Assembly: GCA_963850305.1 (NCBI GenBank)
Contig: CAWKKR010000004.1
Coordinates: forward strand, 192,001-256,000
Direction of reading: 5' to 3'
Length of the DNA: 64,000 nucleotides
Source: an uncultured delta proteobacterium
Lineage (GTDB): Bacteria; Myxococcota_A; Polyangia; Polyangiales; Polyangiaceae
A program made the position numbers and the translations under genes. The notes under the pieces are model-generated. The model saw only the letters and a list, made by a program, of their open reading frames with translations. It was not told where the DNA came from and ran no database searches. Positions within the stretch are counted from its first letter, which is position 1. Each line of letters starts with the position of its first letter. This document shows, piece by piece, positions 61,229 to 64,000 of the stretch.

Positions 61229-61831
61229 ATGAGCTCGATGATTCGCGCGAGTTACACCAAGCTCGCGCTCCGCCATTTCAAACAGCACACGCCGGAGGAG
61301 TACGAGAAGATCCGCGCGAGCGTGGGCGGCGCCACGCTCGCGGCGATTCGTGATGCCGGCGCGCTCGCGTTCCTTCCGGCGGAGACCCACGCCAAGGTCG
61401 CCGCGGCGACCGTATCCACGTTCGGCGCTCGCGAGGCACGACTGGCCTGGCGCGACGTGATGCTCGGAGCCTTCAACCGCGCCATGTTGCGCCCGCTCGT
61501 CGGTAGCGCGCTGCGACTCTACGGGAGAAGCCCTTCCAGCATCATGCGCATGACGCCGCAGGGGTGGTCCCTCGTCTTTCGAGACTGCGGAAAGTCATGG
61601 ATGGATGCAGTGGGCACGCATCGAGCCGTCATGCGCTTCGAAGGGTTGCCCCGCGTGATCGCGGAGAGCGAGGGCATGATCGAGTCCTTCGTCGCGAACT
61701 GCGACGCCGCGTTGTCCTATGTGGGTTACTTCGGCAAGGCAGCAGCTGCGCGCGACGAGCTCGCGGTCGGACGCCTGTCCATCGACGTGACGTGGCAACC
61801 GTCGAGTCCGCCGGACGGTCCGTCGAAGTAG
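61229..61831 (+). CDS. Myxobacterial hypothetical protein (DUF2378/TIGR02265-like)
   Basis: 200 aa; MTPQGWSLVFRDCG..RFEGLP..DVTW pattern. Confidence 0.5.
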   Translation: MSSMIRASYTKLALRHFKQHTPEEYEKIRASVGGATLAAIRDAGALAFLPAETHAKVAAATVSTFGAREARLAWRDVMLGAFNRAMLRPLVGSALRLYGRSPSSIMRMTPQGWSLVFRDCGKSWMDAVGTHRAVMRFEGLPRVIAESEGMIESFVANCDAALSYVGYFGKAAAARDELAVGRLSIDVTWQPSSPPDGPSK

Positions 61832-61949
61832 CGGCGCCGGTGAATCGCGCCCGGAAGCGGTCCATTCCACTCGGCGACCTGGTCCTTCTCGGCGTGGAAG
61901 GCTATGTTGCATCGGCACACCAACTCCGGGGGGCGGAGAGATTTTTCGA

Positions 61950-62510
61950 GTGAACAAGCTCATCGTCATGTTGACCAGCACTCGCCCAGGCCGGGTCTGC
62001 GTGCCCGTCGGTACCTGGTTTCACGAGTTCGCGGTCCGCCACGGCAACTTCGACGTCACCCTGGTCGATCTCAAGGAGGTGAATCTCCCCGCTCTGGACG
62101 AGCCCCACCACCCGATGCGCCGGCAGTACCAGCACGACCACACCAAAGCGTGGAGCGCCGTCGTGAGCGCTGCCGACGCGTTCGTCTTCGTCACGCCGGA
62201 ATACAACTATGGGCTGCCGCCCGCGCTGGTGAACGCTCTCGATCATCTCTATCACGAGTGGCACTACAAGCCCGCCTCCTTCGTGAGCTACGGAGGGATA
62301 TCGGGCGGGCTCCGCTCCGTGCAGATGTCGAAGCAGATCCTGACCACGCTGAAGATGATGCCCATCCCAGAAGCGGTCGCGATCCCGTTCGTCGCAAAGT
62401 CGATCGACGAGGGCGTCTTCAAGCCCGGCAGCACTCTCGATGATTCCGCAAAGAAGATGCTGGACGAGCTCCATCGCTGGACCGAAGCGCTGAAGACCTT
62501 GCGCGGCTAA
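61950..62510 (+). CDS. NADPH-dependent FMN reductase
   Basis: STRPGR, DAFVFVTPEYN, LVNALDHL..EW..KP, SYGGISGG. Confidence 0.92.
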   Translation: MNKLIVMLTSTRPGRVCVPVGTWFHEFAVRHGNFDVTLVDLKEVNLPALDEPHHPMRRQYQHDHTKAWSAVVSAADAFVFVTPEYNYGLPPALVNALDHLYHEWHYKPASFVSYGGISGGLRSVQMSKQILTTLKMMPIPEAVAIPFVAKSIDEGVFKPGSTLDDSAKKMLDELHRWTEALKTLRG

Positions 62511-62809
62511 CCAGCCTGGGGCTTCCTACGTCAGGGTGACGCGGCACGGTCTCCGGCGGGAAGCCGATCCCCGCGTCCGCCGCCCGCGCGACCGCCCCGG
62601 TCGGGAGCGGAGCCGGAAGAAGAGACAGTCCGACTGATGTGTCTCTGCGCGCTCGGTCCGCGTCGTTGCGCTCCCCGGTCTGTGTCCTCGAGGCACCCGG
62701 TTTACATCCCCCCAGGACCGAATCTGTGATTGAACAGAGCTGGACCTGTAACCAAGGGTCCCGGTCTATTCCGTCACCCAGGCACCCGGTCGCTCACGCG
62801 TCCGTCGGC

Positions 62810-63238
62810 GTCGAGAGGCACGTCTCGAGCGTCGAGAGGCACGTCTCGAGCATCGAGGGGCACGTCTCGAGCGTCGAGAGGCACGTCTCGAGCATCGAGG
62901 GGCACGTCTCGAGCGTCGAGAGGCACGTCTCGAGCGTCGAGAAGCACGTCTCGAGCGTCGAGAAGCACGTCTCGAGCGTCGAGAGGCACGTCTCGAGCGT
63001 CGAGAGGCACGTCTCGAGCGTCGAGGGGCACGTCTCGAGCGTCGAGAGGCACGTCTCGAGCGTCGAGGACACGTCCGTCGGCGTCGAGGGGCACGTCTCG
63101 AGCGTCGAGAGGCACGTCTCGAGCGTCGAGGGGCACGTCTCGAGCGTCGAGAGGCACGTCTCGAGCGTCGAGAAGCACGTCTCGAGCGTCGAGAAGCACG
63201 TCTCGAGCGTCGAGAAGCACGTCTCGAGCGTCGAGGGG
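62810..63238. repeat. Tandem array of 20 x 21-bp units plus a partial unit
   Basis: Consensus GTCGAG(AGG/AAG/GGG)CACGTCTCGAGC; unit 13 is a variant, GTCGAGGACACGTCCGTCGGC. Confidence 0.97.
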
Positions 63239-63243
63239 CGCCG

Positions 63244-63420
63244 GGAGCGGTGATGGAGAGGCTTCTCGAGGCCGAGATCACCGAGCACCTGGGGCACGAG
63301 CCGCAGGGACGCCGACGGTCGAGCAACGCGCGCAATGGGCACACGCCCAAGACGGTGCAGACCGACTCGGGCCCGGTCGAAATCCAGGTTCCTCGGGATC
63401 GAGAAGGCTCTCACGAGCCA
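63244..63420 (+). mobile_element. IS256-family transposase N-terminal fragment
   Basis: GAVMERLLEAEITEHLGHE..NARNGHTPKTVQTDSGPVEIQVPRDREGS; no DDE domain or terminal IRs seen. Confidence 0.85.
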
Positions 63421-63458
63421 CCGACAGCATCACCGATGAGCTCCGCGCGTGGCAGACA

Positions 63459-63760
63459 CATGATAACTGGATCACGCGCCGCGAGGACGCGTCCGTCGGT
63501 CGCGATAACTGGATCACGCAGCGCGACGAACGCGTCCATCGGGCGCGACGACACGTCGTCGGCCGTCGTAACCGACTCGCGCGCCGCGAGGACGCGCCCG
63601 TCGGCCGTAGTAAACCGCCTCACGCGCCGCGAGGACGCGCCCGTCGGCCGTAGTAAACCGCCTCACGCGCCGCGAGGACACATCTCACGAGCGCGTGGAC
63701 CGATCACTCCGCCGCGGGACTCGACTAGCACGCCGCGTTGGCCAGTTACTACGCCGACTG
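63459..63760. repeat. Degenerate 21/42-43-bp periodic repeat region
   Basis: GATAACTGGATCACGC x2 at 42-bp spacing; CGCGCCGCGAGGACGCGCCCGTCGGCCGTAGTAAACCGCCTCA x2 plus a partial copy. Confidence 0.8.
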
Positions 63761-63789
63761 AACGACTCCTCATGGAGTCGCCGAGGCGC

Positions 63790-64000
63790 TCAGAGCAGCG
63801 TGTAGACGAGGCTCACGGCGGTCATCGTGTCGGTGTCCTTCACGCCGGGCAGCGGATCGTGGTCGTAGCGGAGGCCGAAGGTCGTCGCGAGTGAGAAGTG
63901 ACCCGCAATCCTCGACGTCAGGCCCGCGTCGAAGTTGACACGGTACTCGTCCGTATTGGAAACGCCTTGCAGATATTCGACGCCAGTCGTGAACGCGACG
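63790..64000 (-). CDS. DUF481-like outer-membrane beta-barrel protein, C-terminus (partial)
   Basis: Manual translation ...EYLQGVSNTDEYRVNFDAGLTSRIAGHFSLATTFGLRYDHDPLPGVKDTDTMTAVSLVYTLL*. Confidence 0.7.
   Translation of the reverse strand, partial: VAFTTGVEYLQGVSNTDEYRVNFDAGLTSRIAGHFSLATTFGLRYDHDPLPGVKDTDTMTAVSLVYTLL

Noticed and set aside
62734..62786. tRNA-Thr(UGU)-like string AGAGC..TGTAA..GGGTC..CCGG TCTATT CCG..GGCACC
   Set aside because: No acceptor stem or D-arm pairing, anticodon and T stems are too short, and there is no TTCRA; at best a chance resemblance
62810..63238. CRISPR array
   Set aside because: Units are contiguous with no unique spacers, and there are no cas genes in the window
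62639..63894. ORFs of 148-307 aa across the repeat region
   Set aside because: They are open only because the repeat unit lacks stop codons; no supported start, so not called as CDS

Overview
High-GC, gene-dense chromosomal window. Gene content (Cys-rich and vWA lipoproteins, an FrgA-like protein, a Che8-like chemosensory cluster) points to a myxobacterium, probably Polyangiaceae-like; this is inference. About 60 CDS were identified. Housekeeping genes include ribF, holA, ribA, glmU, dusB, hslR, folP, pepP, rnhA and an NAD-IDH-like enzyme. Envelope genes include an MltD-like LysM transglycosylase, DegP, NamZ and an extensin-like peptidase. Other notable blocks are a receptor-less cheY-cheA-cheW-cheW-HEAT-cheR-cheB operon, a FadR/GntR operon with a near-perfect operator, a compact c-di-AMP locus (folP-cdaA-cdaR divergent from a PgpH-like 7TM-HD protein), comM and a divergent recA that both carry sigma54-type promoters, and an ABC-2 exporter. 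Many genes have a -10 hexamer 6-8 nt before the start codon, suggesting leaderless mRNAs. The right end holds a 20-copy 21-bp tandem array and a related degenerate array, separated by an IS256 transposase fragment. Four genes have single +1 homopolymer frameshifts that are probably sequencing errors. No rRNA, canonical tRNA or CRISPR was found. All calls come from reading motifs by eye; no database searches were run.
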